Below the pieces are notes generated by a model. The model saw nothing but the letters and a program-made list of their open reading frames with translations. It was not told the DNA's origin and ran no database searches. The position numbers and the translations under genes were made by a program. DNA of 57,324 nt, the filler included, from Malassezia furfur (taxonomy: Eukaryota): assembly GCA_052055015.1 (NCBI GenBank). It is 3 parts of 3 records of this genome, joined end to end, with 100 filler letters (N's around TTAATTAATTAA, not from the genome) between each part and the next. Parts side by side here need not be neighbours in the genome. Positions count along the whole stretch, not along the records: positions 1 to 19,186 come from JBQJIT010000196.1; 2 more parts are not named here. One strand, written 5' to 3'. Of this stretch, positions 1-11,868 are shown in pieces (the first letter of the stretch is position 1; every line of letters starts with the position of its first letter).

Positions 1-1484
1 GAGGCGCCCGGCGCCGACGAAGCCGACGTAGGCGCTGCCGCCGAGCTCGCCGGGGCGTTGCTGCTCGCGGGCGGCGCACCAGCCGAGCTCGCCGGAGGGC
101 GGTTGCTCGCAGGCGCCGCCGGCGACGATGCAGCGGGCGTCGCAGGGCCCACCGGAACAGGCACAACGTGGCTGGGGCCCACCGACGAAGCCGAAACCGA
201 AGTCACGCCAGGCGCGGCATCTGCACCAACGTACGAGCAGCCGCTCGTCGACGCCGAACGTCCACTCAGCTTGTCCTGGATGAACGAAAACACAGGAACA
301 CTGCCCGAGATCTGCGTGCTGCGGTGCGTCCATTCAGGGTTCTGGTACGTGACAAAGTCGATGTTTGCATCGTTGCTGCACCACGCTTGAACAGTGCCAA
401 GCACGTCGTTGTACGGCGCAGCTTCGTCCGAAATCGCATGGTACACATACATGGGAACGTGCGGCACCTCCTTGCGCGACGTACCCTGCGTGTTCTGGCG
501 CGCAACGTCGCGGTAGGCCGGCGACGAGAGAAGGTCACTGGCAGCACGCTTGCTGAACAGGTTCGACAGCAGGTCGCGCTTCACATACTTGCTCCCAAGG
601 ACGTTTACGTTCGCAAACTTGCTCAGGACATCGGGGATCGCGTTGCGGCGAGCATAGTTCAGCATCTCCTGCCCGTCGTTCGTGAGAATCGAGTCGGCAG
701 CCGAGCGCAGGTCGTCGTAGACGTCCACCAGGCCGGCAATGGCCGACACAGCGTAGCCTGCAGCAGGGGTACCGTCCGTGTTGACAATCAGCGAGGTCAC
801 GTTGGGAATCGAACCACCAAAGGCCCAGCCGACAACGTTCAGCTCCGGCGCGTACGAGTCCTTCAGCGCAGCAGCCCAGCTGATGGCCTGCGCACCGCCC
901 GAGTAGCCGAAACCAGCCACCGACGCATTCTTGCTCAGAGCAAGCTTGTCAAAGCCAAGTGTGGCACGGACCGAGTCGAGCGTGATGTAACCACCCGCAC
1001 GGCCAGCAGCAAAAGCGTTCATGGGACCCTCGCTGTCCGGCACAGTGACGATGTAGCCGGCCTCGAGGTAGGGAAGCAGCAAGGCCTCGTCAACGACAAA
1101 GTTGGGGCTGCCCTGGGAACCAGAGGCCAGACCATAGCTAGGAGCAGTCCAGACCGCGTTCGAGTCTTGCGCCTCGCCGGCCACAACAAGCTTGTTCTTC
1201 AGCACGTTGCTGGGAACAAGCACCGTAGTCACCGAGTGTTGCGGCTCATCGGGGCTGTTCTGGTTGGTGCGGTAGAGAATCTGATAGGCCTCCTTCAGGC
1301 TCTTGCCAAAGTTGGCCGAGTCAATGTCGATGGAGCGCCAGGCCAGAATGTCACCCGCATGCGCAGTCTGCCAATCACCCGTAGGCTGGTAGAAACTATC
1401 ACTGTCCGGGGTCGCAACGGCCGCAGCGGCGGTGATTGCCGCGCACCAAAGGGCACCAAAGCGTGCTAGGCGCATTCCAACCAT
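1..1484 (-). CDS. Secreted lipase, LIP family (copy 1; 3' part runs off the window)
   Basis: Near-identical to the 5' part of ORF 2681-5881 (offset 4397). ATG at 1484, signal peptide, GYSGG nucleophile motif. The Pro/Ala/Ser linker has 42 extra nt. Confidence 0.9.
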   Translation of the reverse strand, partial: MVGMRLARFGALWCAAITAAAAVATPDSDSFYQPTGDWQTAHAGDILAWRSIDIDSANFGKSLKEAYQILYRTNQNSPDEPQHSVTTVLVPSNVLKNKLVVAGEAQDSNAVWTAPSYGLASGSQGSPNFVVDEALLLPYLEAGYIVTVPDSEGPMNAFAAGRAGGYITLDSVRATLGFDKLALSKNASVAGFGYSGGAQAISWAAALKDSYAPELNVVGWAFGGSIPNVTSLIVNTDGTPAAGYAVSAIAGLVDVYDDLRSAADSILTNDGQEMLNYARRNAIPDVLSKFANVNVLGSKYVKRDLLSNLFSKRAASDLLSSPAYRDVARQNTQGTSRKEVPHVPMYVYHAISDEAAPYNDVLGTVQAWCSNDANIDFVTYQNPEWTHRSTQISGSVPVFSFIQDKLSGRSASTSGCSYVGADAAPGVTSVSASSVGPSHVVPVPVGPATPAASSPAAPASNRPPASSAGAPPASSNAPASSAAAPTSASSAPGA

Positions 1485-2116
1485 CGGTGCGGTGCGCTAG
1501 ATTGAGACATTTGTGCTTGTACTTATATTAGATACCCTCAAAGATCTGATGTACCACTTCGCACGAAAGAGGAGATGCGTAGTCCCTTGCCTCGTGTTCA
1601 TTTGCCATTTCCCATTTTGGAATGGTTATCTTCCGTATCGGCCAGTTGGACCAATGTTGCACCATCGTACCTGGGGCCCGAAGCATCAGCACATCATTCA
1701 CCCACCTGCGCAGAAGGTTTGAGTTTATTGGACATTTTCCACCTGTCGAACAAGAGGAACCGTGCATTGCGCAGAACCTTGTTTGCATGACGTTTCATAA
1801 GCATGCGCAAGAATAACCGTCGCAGTAAAAAAACGACGTTTGCTGCCCTTTGAGTGGTCAGAAAGAAGACTGGCTCCCATCTTTCCCTATCTATCTGGGG
1901 GGACCACGTTCTGCACATGCATATGAGTGCTATGAGTACAAATCGATACTGGCTCCCCGATGCTGCACTGATAGTCCCGCGGTCTCCTTTTGAAACACTG
2001 CGCACCCGGCGTTGCCACTCGGTGCTTGTGTATCAAGAAATGATGATGATAGAAAGATATCGCTAAGCATAGAGAACTCTTTTGGACGCAACCAACGCTA
2101 CAGATTGTAGGTTCAA

Positions 2117-2154
2117 TTGCATGCGAAAGTTGCACGCGAAAGTTGCATGCGAAG
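2117..2154. repeat. Short tandem repeat, ~3 x 13 nt (TTGCAYGCGAAAG)
   Basis: ttgcatgcgaaag-ttgcacgcgaaag-ttgcatgcgaag read directly. Confidence 0.6.
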
Positions 2155-2680
2155 ATCTATAAGCCGGAGTAAATTGGTCTTGTATGTAGAACGGCGTCTT
2201 GTATCCTTCCTTCCTGTCTTTTCATTTGGATAGAAAACCAACATGGCATGTTCTCTGCCTTACCTCTACATCGGCGTCTTTGACGATCACTGAACCCCAC
2301 TTTCTCCACAACCTGTTTCCTCTCCGTTGAGAAAAATCCGCCCATTTCTCCACATCACGATTTCTGTGAATCTAGGTACACCTTTAATACCTAATTCTGG
2401 ACTCGTTGCACATTCGATTCGTGTGCCTATTTTCCATACCTGTCATCCATATCCACATTGACGTCAGCGCCAGGAACGATGTAGTAATCACATCCAAGTA
2501 TTCTCGTCCATGAGCTTTCAACAGAATTTGACAAGTCGTCCTACATAAGTACGAAAGAAATGAAACGAACCAGAGGGGATGATACACGCATGCATTAAGT
2601 GTGCGTGATCGATTCAACAGATTCAACAATGGAGTTCACAAGAAAGTGATCTGGCCGGGATGCGCGCTAGTTTCTCGCAT

Positions 2681-5600
2681 TTAGAGCCCCGCGCGGAACC
2701 AACGACCAGGAATGAAGTCGCGGCGTGCCCTAGAGTTGTCCGAGTCCGAAGACGAAGACGCGTCGCCAGTAGAGCTGGCCTGCGAGCTGCTCGAGTCCGA
2801 AGACTCGGACGACTCCGAGGACTCCGAGGACTCCGACGAGCTCGAGCTAGAGCTGCTCGAATCAGACGACTCCGACGAGCTGCTCGAATCGGTCGAGGTC
2901 GGCGAGCTCGAGCTGTTGGAGCTGCTGGAGCTGCTCGACTCAGTCGATGTCGGAGAGCTGCTCGACGAGCTAGACCTCGAGCTGCTCGAGTCAGATGTCG
3001 ATGAAGGGGCGCTGCTTGAGTCAGACGTTGAAGCGGCGGCCGACGCAGCGTCCGTCGAATCCGACGAAGCCGACGAAGCCGACGAAGCCGACGAAGCCGA
3101 CGAAGCCGACGAAGCCGACGACTCAGACGACTCAGACGAGAGCGACGAAGCCACGGACGAAGTCGGGACGCTATCCGAGGAAGCAATCGAAGAAGCCGAC
3201 GACGACAGAGCCGACGACGCAGATGACGACGACGCAGACGACTCGGACGAGAGCGACGAGGCAACCGACGAACTCGGCACGTTGTCCGAAGATGCGATCG
3301 ACGAGATCGACGACGACTCAGCAGACGAGGCCGACGACGACGAGGCCGCCGACTCAGAGGAAAGCGACGAGGCCACCGACGACGTAGGCACGCTTTGCGA
3401 AGAGGCAATCGACGAGGCCGACGACGACAACGCCGACGACGCCGAGGCCGACGAAGCCGACGACTCAGACGAAAGAGAGGAAGCCACCGACGAGGTAGGC
3501 ACGCTCTGCGAAGAAGCGATCGAAGAGATCGACGAGGAGAGAGCAGACGAGGCCGAGGACGACGAGGCGGCGGACTCAGACGAGAGAGAAGAAGCCACCG
3601 ACGAGGTCGGGACGTCCTTCGAGGAAGCAATCGACGAGATCGACGAAGAGAGCGCAGAGGAAGCCGAAGACGACGATGCCGCCGACTCAGATGAAAGCGA
3701 TGAAGCCACCGACGAGGTCGGGACGCCCTCCGAGGAAGCAATCGACGAGATCGACGAAGAAAGAGCGGAAGAGGCCGACGCCGACGAGGCCGAAGACTCC
3801 GACGCAAGAGACGAAGCGACCGACGACGTCGGGATACCCTTCGACGAAGCGATCGACGAGATCGACGACGAAAGCGCAGCCGACGACTTCGAAGCCTCCG
3901 ACGACAGCGACGACAGAACCGACGAAGTCGGAACACCCTTCGACGACGCAATTGACGAAACCGAAGACGACAGCGCCGACGACACCGACGCCTGAGACGA
4001 CAGCGACGAAGCAATGACAGGCGGCGCCACACCCTTCGACGAGGCAATCGACGAAACGGACGAGGCAAACGCCGACGACGACGACGACAGCGCAGAAATC
4101 GCCGACGATGCCACCGAGGAAAGCGGGATGCTCTTCGACGATGCCACCGATGCCACCGACGAAAGGATCGAAGCCGACTTCGATGCCTCCGACGCGCTCG
4201 AAGCGGCAGCCGATGGCACCGGAATACCCTTCGACGACGCGACTGAGGCCAGCGAAGACGACACCGACGCAGCCGACTTGGACGCCTCCGAAGCCACCGA
4301 AGAGGCCACCACAGGGGCAGACACACCCTTCGACGACGCCGCAGAGACAATGCTAGAGATTACCGCACTGGGAGCGAGCGAGCTCTGCGCAAGCGACGAG
4401 GCGACCGACACCGCCGCCGAGCTACCGGGCGAAGCAGGCGAGGCGCCCGGCGCCGACGAAGCCGACGTAGGCGCTGCCGCCGAGCTCGCCGGGGGCTTGT
4501 TGCTCGAGGGAGGCGCACCTGCCGAAGCAGCGGGCGTCGCAGGGCCCACCGGAACAGGCACAACGTGGCTGGGGCCCACCGACGAAGCCGAAACCGAAGT
4601 CGCGCCAGGCTCAGTGTCCACACCAATATACGAGCAGCCGCTCGCCGACGCCGAACGTCCACTCAGCTTGTCCTGGATGAACGAAAACACAGGAACACTG
4701 CCCGAGATCTGCGCGCTGCGGTGCGTCCATTCAGGGTTCTGGTAGGTAACAAAGTCAATGTTGGCATCGTTGCTGCACCACGCGCGAACAGTGCCAAGCA
4801 CGTCGTTGTACGGCGCAGCTTCGTCCGAAATCGCATGGTACACATACATGGGAACGTGCGGCACCTCCTTGCGCGACGTACCCTGCGTGTTCTGGCGCGC
4901 AACGTCGCGGTAGGCCGGCGACGAGAGAAGGTCACTGGCAGCACGCTTGCTGAACAGGTTCGACAGCAGGTCGCGCTTCACATACTTGCTCCCAAGGACG
5001 TTTACGTTCGCAAACTTGCTCAGGACATCGGGGATCGCGTTGCGGCGAGCATAGTTCAGCATCTCCTGCCCGTCGTTCGTAAGAATCGAGTCGGCAGCCG
5101 AGCGCAGGTCGCCGTAGACGTCCACCAGGCCGGCAATGGCCGACACGGCGTAGCCTGCAGCAGGGGTACCGTCCGTGTTGACAATCAGCGAGGTCACGTT
5201 GGGGATCGAACCACCAAAGGCCCAGCCGACAACGTTCAGCTCCGGCGCGTACGAGTCCTTCAGCGCAGCAGCCCAGCTGATGGCCTGCGCACCGCCCGAG
5301 TAACCGAAACCGGCCACCGATGCATTCTTGCTCAGAGCAAGCTTGTCAAAGCTGAGCGTGGCACGGACCGAGTCGAGTGTGATGTAACCACCCGCACGGC
5401 CAGCAGCAAAGGCGTTCATGGGACCCTCGCTGTCCGGCACAGTGACGATGTAGCCGGCCTCGAGGTAGGGAAGCAGCAAGGCCTCGTCAACGACAAAGTT
5501 GGGGCTGCCCTGGGAACCAGAGGCCAGACCATAGCTAGGAGCAGTCCAGGCCGCGTTCGAGTCTTGCGCCTCGCCGGCTACAACAAGCTTGTTCTTCAGC

Positions 5601-5881
5601 ACGTTGCAGGGAACGAGCACCGTAGTCACCGAGTGTTGCGGCTCATCGGGGCTGTTCTGGTTGGTGCGGTAGAGAATCTGGTAGGCCTCCTTCAGGCTCT
5701 TGCCAAAGTTGGCCGAGTCAATGTCGATGGAGCGCCAGGCCAGAATGTCACCCGCATGCGCAGTCTGCCAATCACCCGTAGGCTGGTAGAAACTATCACT
5801 GTCCGGGGTCGCAACGGCCGCAGCGGCGGTGATTGCCGCGCACCAAAGGGCACCAAAGCGTGCTAGACGCATTCCAACCAT
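2681..5881 (-). CDS. Secreted lipase, LIP family (copy 2), with ~600-aa Ser/Ala-rich repetitive C-terminal extension
   Basis: 1066-aa ORF with signal peptide, YQILYRT, VTVPDSEGP, GYSGGAQ and YHAISDE motifs of fungal secretory lipases, followed by a Ser-rich tail. Confidence 0.92.
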   Translation of the reverse strand: MVGMRLARFGALWCAAITAAAAVATPDSDSFYQPTGDWQTAHAGDILAWRSIDIDSANFGKSLKEAYQILYRTNQNSPDEPQHSVTTVLVPCNVLKNKLVVAGEAQDSNAAWTAPSYGLASGSQGSPNFVVDEALLLPYLEAGYIVTVPDSEGPMNAFAAGRAGGYITLDSVRATLSFDKLALSKNASVAGFGYSGGAQAISWAAALKDSYAPELNVVGWAFGGSIPNVTSLIVNTDGTPAAGYAVSAIAGLVDVYGDLRSAADSILTNDGQEMLNYARRNAIPDVLSKFANVNVLGSKYVKRDLLSNLFSKRAASDLLSSPAYRDVARQNTQGTSRKEVPHVPMYVYHAISDEAAPYNDVLGTVRAWCSNDANIDFVTYQNPEWTHRSAQISGSVPVFSFIQDKLSGRSASASGCSYIGVDTEPGATSVSASSVGPSHVVPVPVGPATPAASAGAPPSSNKPPASSAAAPTSASSAPGASPASPGSSAAVSVASSLAQSSLAPSAVISSIVSAASSKGVSAPVVASSVASEASKSAASVSSSLASVASSKGIPVPSAAASSASEASKSASILSSVASVASSKSIPLSSVASSAISALSSSSSAFASSVSSIASSKGVAPPVIASSLSSQASVSSALSSSVSSIASSKGVPTSSVLSSLSSEASKSSAALSSSISSIASSKGIPTSSVASSLASESSASSASASSALSSSISSIASSEGVPTSSVASSLSSESAASSSSASSALSSSISSIASSKDVPTSSVASSLSSESAASSSSASSALSSSISSIASSQSVPTSSVASSLSSESSASSASASSALSSSASSIASSQSVPTSSVASSLSSESAASSSSASSAESSSISSIASSDNVPSSSVASSLSSESSASSSSASSALSSSASSIASSDSVPTSSVASSLSSESSESSASSASSASSASSASSASSDSTDAASAAASTSDSSSAPSSTSDSSSSRSSSSSSSPTSTESSSSSSSNSSSSPTSTDSSSSSESSDSSSSSSSSSESSESSESSESSDSSSSQASSTGDASSSSDSDNSRARRDFIPGRWFRAGL
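3061..3120. repeat. Coding 9-nt microsatellite (CCGACGAAG)~6, encoding (SAS)n in the lipase tail
   Basis: Read directly. Confidence 0.85.
3121..3900. repeat. Coding minisatellite, 111-nt (37-aa) period, at least 7 units
   Basis: Anchor GA(A/G)GCNAC recurs at 3147, 3258, 3369, 3480, 3591, 3702 and 3813. Unit is approximately SSSISSIASSxxVPTSSVASSLSSESxASSSSASSAL; degenerate units continue to ~4350. Confidence 0.9.
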
Positions 5882-6550
5882 CGGTCCGGTATATTGAGAT
5901 TTGAGACATTTGTGCCCGTACTTATATTGGACGCCCTCAAAAGATCTGATGCGAACAATTCGCGCGAAAGGGGTGAGGAGTCCCTTGCCCCGTGTTCATT
6001 CGCTCCTACCCATTTAGGAATAATCATCTTCGGCAATCTGCCGTCGGGGAGCAGCGTTACACGGTAAATCTCCATCTCAACTAAAGCGCATCATCGATCC
6101 ACCTGCACAGATGAGTTGCGTTCATTGGGTCTTTTTCCTTGGTCACCATCGGGAAGCGTGCGCTGCGCAGAATCTTGTTTTGCACTTATTTTCATAAGTG
6201 TATATGAAAATAACCGCAAAAGCACAAAAATGAAGTTGGCTGTTGTCTGAGTGGTCAAAAGAGCTAGCTCATCTACCTATATCGGGTGTAGCCTCGTTGT
6301 GTATCTGAATCGACGAAAGCCTGCTGCCGATCCTATGCACGAACAACGCCACATTAATATCCCCCGTGCAGATCTGCGCAGCAAAACGTGGACTCTCCCA
6401 CGTTTCGACCAATACACGTGATTGACCCCGCCCGCTGCCTTTCGATGTGCCGTTTGGGGAAGTGACGGCGAAGGCTATTGGAGTCTGCCCTCAGTCGATT
6501 CTTGCCAGAGCCAGCACGTATTTGGTGTTGATTATCACACAAGCTTTGTT

Positions 6551-7810
6551 ATGGAGCCTGAGGGAGATGATCTGGAGTGCAAGTCGGTAGATAGCGCTCC
6601 GGCCGATCAGGATATTCCCGATGAAGGTCTCCTAGCGTGGTTACAGGTTTTCGGAGCATTTCTCAACTTTTTCAACACATGGGGTGTCATCAACGCATTC
6701 GGTACATTTCAAGCATATTATCAAACGAGGTTTCCTGATGTAAGTGCTTCTACGATCTCATGGATTGGATCGATTGATGCCTTCATCCTGATGGGCTTCG
6801 GGATCATTTCGGGGCCTTTGCTGGACCTAGGCTATTTCCGGGCCTTACAGCTCACTGGCTCGGTGCTTGTGCTGCTCGGCATCTTTATGACAAGTATCGC
6901 GTCGGAATTCTGGCAAGTGATGCTCGCCCAGGGTCTGTGCTTTGGGTTCGGGTGCGGATGTTTGTATACCCCAAGCCTTGCCATCATTTCCACCTACTTT
7001 TCCAAAAAGCGAAGCATTGCCATTGGAATTGTTACGAGCGGTAGTGGATTTGGGTCGGTGGTGTACTCGATTGTCTTTTATCGGCTACAACCGCGTTTAG
7101 GCGAAGCACAAGCGTTCCGAATCATTGGGTACATCGCTCTGGGCACATTGCTCGTCTCGGTGGCTTTGCTACGCCCCCGAATCACTCCCACTGTACGACG
7201 CTCCTTTTTTGCGGCGGCAGCGTTCAAGGAGCCCGCTTTTGCTTGGTTTACGGCTGCTGTGTTTTTTGGTTACATGGGGCTATATGTACCGATCGACTAT
7301 GTGTCGTCTTTTGCGGGTAACAAGCTGCAAGCAAGCAAAGATATGACGTTTTACATGGTCCCTATTCTTAATGCTGGCAGCATTGTGGGTCGGATCGTTC
7401 CAAACTATCTTGCCGACCGCATGGGCCCGATTAATGTGCTGATACCCTTTACGTTCGCATGCGGAATACTTGCCTTCGGATGGTTAGGCGTTCACTCCGT
7501 GGCGGGACTGATTGTCTTTTCGGTACTGTACGGGTTTTGTTCGGGAACCTATGTATCGCTTCCGCCTGCTGCTGTCGCACGCCTCACGGCCGATCTGCAC
7601 CATGTGGGTTCCCGCATGGGGACGTGTTTCCTATTTGCTGCCCTGGGTATTTTGATTGGGAGCCCTGTGGCTGGGCAGTTGGTGACCACTGACCCGCCCG
7701 TGTATTGGAAGGCCGAAGTTTTCTGCGGAGTGATTGTTTTCACTGCCCTTACTTGCACGGTTTGTGCAAGGATTGCCAATGTTGGTGCACGAATCAAAGC
7801 TACTACCTAA
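6551..7810 (+). CDS. MFS transporter, monocarboxylate porter (Mch4/Mch5-like) family
   Basis: PDEGLLAWLQV...FNTWG..NAFG.FQ.YY motif, ~12 hydrophobic segments, ATG at 6551, intronless. Confidence 0.9.
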   Translation: MEPEGDDLECKSVDSAPADQDIPDEGLLAWLQVFGAFLNFFNTWGVINAFGTFQAYYQTRFPDVSASTISWIGSIDAFILMGFGIISGPLLDLGYFRALQLTGSVLVLLGIFMTSIASEFWQVMLAQGLCFGFGCGCLYTPSLAIISTYFSKKRSIAIGIVTSGSGFGSVVYSIVFYRLQPRLGEAQAFRIIGYIALGTLLVSVALLRPRITPTVRRSFFAAAAFKEPAFAWFTAAVFFGYMGLYVPIDYVSSFAGNKLQASKDMTFYMVPILNAGSIVGRIVPNYLADRMGPINVLIPFTFACGILAFGWLGVHSVAGLIVFSVLYGFCSGTYVSLPPAAVARLTADLHHVGSRMGTCFLFAALGILIGSPVAGQLVTTDPPVYWKAEVFCGVIVFTALTCTVCARIANVGARIKATT

Positions 7811-8093
7811 TCTTTGAACCTACTGTACATTTCTCCTAGATAGACTTGCGCTTTACGGTGAATATACCCATTATCCTGGTTACCGGTCTGATACGATTTG
7901 CGCCCATTCCTGCAATCTATGGGGTTTTGGAAAGGCATAGATAGTGCTTATCTAGACGCCACATGGCCAATTAATTCATTTTCCTGGCGCCTCCACTTCT
8001 ACGTACATCAAATTGGAAATCTCGAGACTCGGTTAGTGATTAGTGACTCGATTAAGCCTTCGTGTTTCCCATTACACAAGCGGCAGGCCCACT

Positions 8094-9416
8094 ATGGAGC
8101 TAGAGACAGACCGAAGGGACATGGTCTATCGAGAGGATCCAAACGACGATAAACTTGAGCCTTCTGTGACTAGCGAGGAGTCTGATTCAATCGTTATCTC
8201 TCCTGACGATGAGTCGATACCCGATGGCGGTTTCACTGCGTGGCTTCAGGTCTTGGGAGCGTTCTTTATGTATTTTAACACATGGGGAGTGGTTAATTCC
8301 TTCGGCGTGTATCAGACGTATTACGAAAACAATCTGCTTGCCTCGGAGGGCTCATCACGAATCTCCTGGATCGGCTCAGTGCAGGGTTTCTTGCTCATGG
8401 TTTCTGGGACTCTCACTGGGCCCTTGTTCGACTTGGGCTACTATCGTCATCTTCTTGTCGTTGGTACCATCTTGAGCGTGCTCGGTATCATGATGACTAG
8501 CATCTGCAAGAAATACTGGCAAGTCATGCTCGCACAGGCAGTATGTGTCGGCAATGGCAATGGATGTATGTTTGTCCCCTGCGTTGGGATTACAACAACC
8601 TACTTCTCCAAGAAGCGTGCGCTAGCTATTGGCATTGGTGCCAGTGGAAGCAGCCTTGGCGCCGTGATCTACTCTATTGTGTTCCATCGGCTGGTGGGAC
8701 CCACGGGATTCGGTAATGCAACGCGCGTCATCGGCTACATGATGCTCGGGATGCTCTCTATTACAACAGCCGTGATGCGTACTCGGGTTGCTCCTACGCA
8801 TAAGCGTGCATTCCTTGCCCTCAGTGCGTTCAAGGAACCACCCTATGCCTTCTTCTCCCTCGCAATTTTCCTTGGGTTCATGGGTCTCTATGTTCCTTTC
8901 TACTACATCTCTTCGTATGGTATTGACAAGATTGGCATGAGCGACAACCTGGGGTTCTACCTGGTCCCTATTTTGAATGCGGGCAGCATTTTTGGTCGCC
9001 TGTTCCCCAACTACATCGCCGACGTAATTGGGTCGTTGAACGTCATGACGATCTTTACGTTTGCTTGTCTGGTGCTTGCGTTCGCATGGATCGGAATTAA
9101 AAACTCTGCTGGGATCATTGTGTTTGCTGTCCTTTATGGCTTGTGCTCAGGAACGTATGTTTCGCTTCCTCCCGCAGCCATCTCTTCGTTGACCAAAGAC
9201 ATGCACCATGTCGGCTCACGGCTCGGTACGTGCTTCATTGGAGGTGGCATTGGGATCCTTGTGGGCAACCCCATTGCCGGTGCGTTGGTGAATACCGAAG
9301 AAAAAAGCTTTTGGAAAGCGCAAGTCTTTTGCGCCGTGCTTGTCTTTGCCACTGTGGTATCTCTGGCCCTTGCCCGTATTTCCAAAACCGGCCTTGTTCT
9401 GAATGTCAAGGCGTAA
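8094..9416 (+). CDS. MFS transporter, monocarboxylate porter (Mch4/Mch5-like) family, tandem paralog
   Basis: PDGGFTAWLQV...FNTWG..NSFGVYQTYY motif; colinear with the upstream paralog. Confidence 0.9.
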   Translation: MELETDRRDMVYREDPNDDKLEPSVTSEESDSIVISPDDESIPDGGFTAWLQVLGAFFMYFNTWGVVNSFGVYQTYYENNLLASEGSSRISWIGSVQGFLLMVSGTLTGPLFDLGYYRHLLVVGTILSVLGIMMTSICKKYWQVMLAQAVCVGNGNGCMFVPCVGITTTYFSKKRALAIGIGASGSSLGAVIYSIVFHRLVGPTGFGNATRVIGYMMLGMLSITTAVMRTRVAPTHKRAFLALSAFKEPPYAFFSLAIFLGFMGLYVPFYYISSYGIDKIGMSDNLGFYLVPILNAGSIFGRLFPNYIADVIGSLNVMTIFTFACLVLAFAWIGIKNSAGIIVFAVLYGLCSGTYVSLPPAAISSLTKDMHHVGSRLGTCFIGGGIGILVGNPIAGALVNTEEKSFWKAQVFCAVLVFATVVSLALARISKTGLVLNVKA

Positions 9417-10018
9417 AACATCCTTACATCGGCCAGCAAGGTGCACGCCGAGACGAATCCTGCACCCTCATCAAGAGAAACGAATTTCATGGACTCATAT
9501 TCAGTAATTATACCACGTAAGCGTTATAATGCATGCTGTGACTCATAAAACACATGCTCAGCTTGAACCATCTGCGTCGGAACAGAATACATAGCTCTGC
9601 GAAGAGAGGAACCGGTAGAAAGCGTACAACCTGACGAAGAGTTTGTTTGCATTTGGCATCTATTCCCGTTCGCATGTCGTGTGCCTAGTAAGCCTGAGCC
9701 TGTTTCGAGGCTGCCACCCCCTAGAAGCACCTGTCCCGTGCGTCCCTGAATTTTTTGGGAGGGCGTAGATTCCCTCCGCCCCCGCTAAGGGCCAGTGCAT
9801 AAACCAGCATAAGACGCAATGTGATTGGCCCGATCTTCGTGCACGCAGTACCTAAAATAGGCTACCAGTTTACGATTTGCCAGGGTGCACCATGTAACTG
9901 GTCCAAACGCCGTACCCAGTGTCACGTTCTGGCCAACTTTGCCGAGAGCGTCCCTAGTGTAGCCAACGATGGCAGATCCACGTATCTGATTCAAATGGTG
10001 GCACTGCCAAGTCTCGGC

Positions 10019-10026
10019 TATAAAAA
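10019..10026 (+). promoter_or_regulatory. Putative TATA box of THI4
   Basis: TATAAAAA ~50 nt upstream of the ATG at 10068. Confidence 0.5.
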
Positions 10027-10067
10027 GGACCGGGATCACTAGCGCCTCTCCGTAGACACACAGCAAC

Positions 10068-11114
<1,047 letters not shown>

Positions 11115-11868
11115 ATTTTCACCAAGCGCTCATATCCCAACAAGTACAGTTCTCGGTTTCCCTTCTTCATCAGTGTTCTATTAAACAAAACTCGTAACAA
11201 TTGGCATCTCCTTAGGAACAACGAAGCTTACACGCTCTAGCTTCCCTTACTTCGCAGCTCTTGATCATTATAAACCAGGATGGGGCCGATAGAACCCTTC
11301 AATCTTCAGAGGGGACCACTGACAAACTCTTCATGAAATTGCTCTCCATATACGTTTTATTGCACCATCGTGCTATAAGACGTGGGGAAGACATCTGGCT
11401 GTTGCAATGTCTGCACGAGATGGGCAGCTGATACATTAGCATGCATTACGCAAGATTGCGAACGTGCTCGAGTGTATCAGCTTATGTCACCATATGCCCT
11501 CTGATGATAAGCCAAGGAGATTGATCGAGTGCAGGCCTTATCAAATGGACTGCGCACCTGCTGCGCGGGCTGCGAAGGGACTCTGTACTCCGGACGGGTT
11601 AAACGCGCAGCATCGAAATCATTGGTCAGGTTTGACGCGCTGAATTTAACGCAATCTAGGGAATTAAACTCAAATGGTTGACGGACAGCGTGATTTACAT
11701 GTGAGGAATGGATCCCTTTGCACCCGGTAAGGGATAGGCGCTATCAGTTGATATGCGTAGTGCGGCTAAGCTATCAAAAAGGATACAAGAAATCATGCTT
11801 TAAATACCGGTATTGGGAATTCTCGTACTTTACCTTCCACGGTCCAACGCCCTACTACTTCACCAAGC

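Noticed and set aside
3121..3900. CRISPR-like or transposon-derived array
   Set aside because: The repeats are in-frame coding units with no unique spacers. No cas, transposase or reverse transcriptase genes were seen anywhere in the window.
2623..4745. Long acidic (+, 2712-3995, 4014-4745) and Arg-rich (-, 2623-4350) ORFs
   Set aside because: These are antisense and alternate-frame shadows of the TCG/GCC-rich lipase repeat tail.
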